A DNA stretch of 64,000 nucleotides from NCBI GenBank assembly GCA_012295275.1, contig CM022669.1:13702001-13766000 (forward strand). Direction: 5' to 3'. Position numbers and translations under genes: made by a program. Positions 62,458 through 64,000 of this stretch are shown here, piece after piece. The notes below the pieces were generated by a model. It was given only the letters and a program-made list of their open reading frames with translations, was not told the DNA's origin and made no database searches. The stretch is from Chrysomallon squamiferum. Its lineage: Eukaryota; Animalia; Mollusca. Position 1 is the first letter of the stretch; each line of letters begins with the position of its first letter.

Positions 62458-63262
62458 TATAAATTTTATACACAGGAAAGAATTCCTTTTTCAAAGCTGA
62501 CTTTCGAGAATTTGAAAATCTTAATGAAATTACAAGAATTAGTTTCTGTTTTTACCAAAACGTAATATGAATTTGAGTTCCATGTTCGGGAAAAGTTTTT
62601 TTTTTTTTTTTTTTTAAAATCGAGATTACCTGAAAGGAACAATGGCAATGATTACAATATATAGAGTGCACAAAATGAATTTTCAGTTAGGAAGCTTGTA
62701 TGTATGTGTGTGGGTGGGTGGGTGGGTGGGTGCGGGCGCATGTGTGTGTATCTGTGTGTCTGTCTATCTGCCTGTGTAATATCTGTTAACTGGTTGTTAA
62801 ATTTTTTTTGTGTTCAATGTTTTAGTGTATTGCTGTTGTTTAATTATACGTATTTTATTTATTTATTTATTTATTTATTTATGGCAAACTACGTATTCTT
62901 TATTATTAAAACAATTAGGCACATTAGAATTACTATGAGCAAGTCAGAATATTTATTACAATACATCGTGTTTCAATGTATATTGTCTTACATTTTATAT
63001 ATACTGATTTATAATCTTCAATTTATAACTTGCTTTTATTGTTGATTTTACTGGTCAGTGTTGTTGTTTACATCCTAGTCATCATCCTCATTTTCTTCGG
63101 CTGGAATAACTTTTTGAATAAGTTTACTTGTAATTATTTCCTCTGTTTTATTTCTCTGTGTGTTTATTACTATACATTTGTACACTATCACTTAGGATAG
63201 GAAGTGATTTCTATTTTTTATTTTAATTAGTTTTATTTATTTTATATTTATATATATATATA

Positions 63263-63303
<41 letters not shown>

Positions 63304-63431
63304 ATATATGTATATGTTTGTCTCTGCATATGTTCTGATTCAAAATATTAATATAAATAAATAAGTAAATATTGTGGATGATGATAATAATGAGCACAGT
63401 AATGAGCACACAATAATAATAATAAAAAAAA

Positions 63432-63468
<37 letters not shown>

Positions 63469-64000
63469 TGTCAAATATCGTTCTAAACATATTATTCTAA
63501 ATGGAATGCAAATATTTCCCGGTGTGACTATGTTACAATTTGTTACATTTCTAAGTTAATCATACTCAATTTCAATATGATTCATCTTCTGCGTTTTTAT
63601 TTGTTTAGCGATAATTAATATTGAAACCTCTGAAACGAAGGTAATAGTAAGCTAACGTACAACTTACTATAAACGGTGATGTTTACCTTCAAATAAAATC
63701 TTCATTTGTAATTTGAAATTCTTCCTTTCTCTTTCGTTGTGTTTACTGTAACGCATGCGTAAATCTAGTTACAAGAAAGACATTGCAGGTATTCTATTTA
63801 TTTTGTGACATTAGTATTTTAAATCGAACCGGGTTTCTTTGACTACACAATCTTCTAAGTTAGAAATCTAACGATAAACAACCACAATAATAATGATGAT
63901 GATGATGATGAATGATGATGATGCTGATGATAATGATAAACATTAATTTACACAAACCAAGATTTTAAAATCGTTATTACAACAGAGAAAAATTACTTTC

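Noticed and set aside
61601-62565. Plus-strand ORFs overlapping the IAP
   Set aside because: They are antisense shadows of the IAP CDS.

Overview
AT-rich, microsatellite-dense, intron-containing animal genomic DNA; a mollusc/lophotrochozoan is plausible but inferred. Most ORF-track entries are microsatellite read-throughs. Hand-built spliced models give the following. (1) 5.4-43.7 kb: a birth-and-death array of small four-TM claudin/PMP22/EMP-superfamily genes, in ~11-kb direct and inverted segmental duplications. There are two intact copies, three disrupted copies, one orphan exon and one 5' stub, with mosaic exons and a hypervariable second extracellular loop. (2) 0.3-0.55 kb and 7.7-8.8 kb: two integrin-beta-like 3' ends that stop straight after the beta-tail with no transmembrane segment. 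(3) 46.7-50.7 kb: a four-exon, catalytically dead Crypton/tyrosine-recombinase-derived (DUF3504-like) gene fused to a coiled-coil tail, with one frameshift. (4) 51.8-57.2 kb: an intact nine-exon SLC22-type transporter, plus a scrambled partial copy at 35.9-38 kb. (5) 61.6-62.5 kb: an IAP with an intronless CDS (BIR, UBA-like, atypical RING). Also present: a hAT-type MITE, other interspersed and tandem repeats, and a decayed coiled-coil ORF. Splice models and family calls come from reading the sequence only; no database searches were run.
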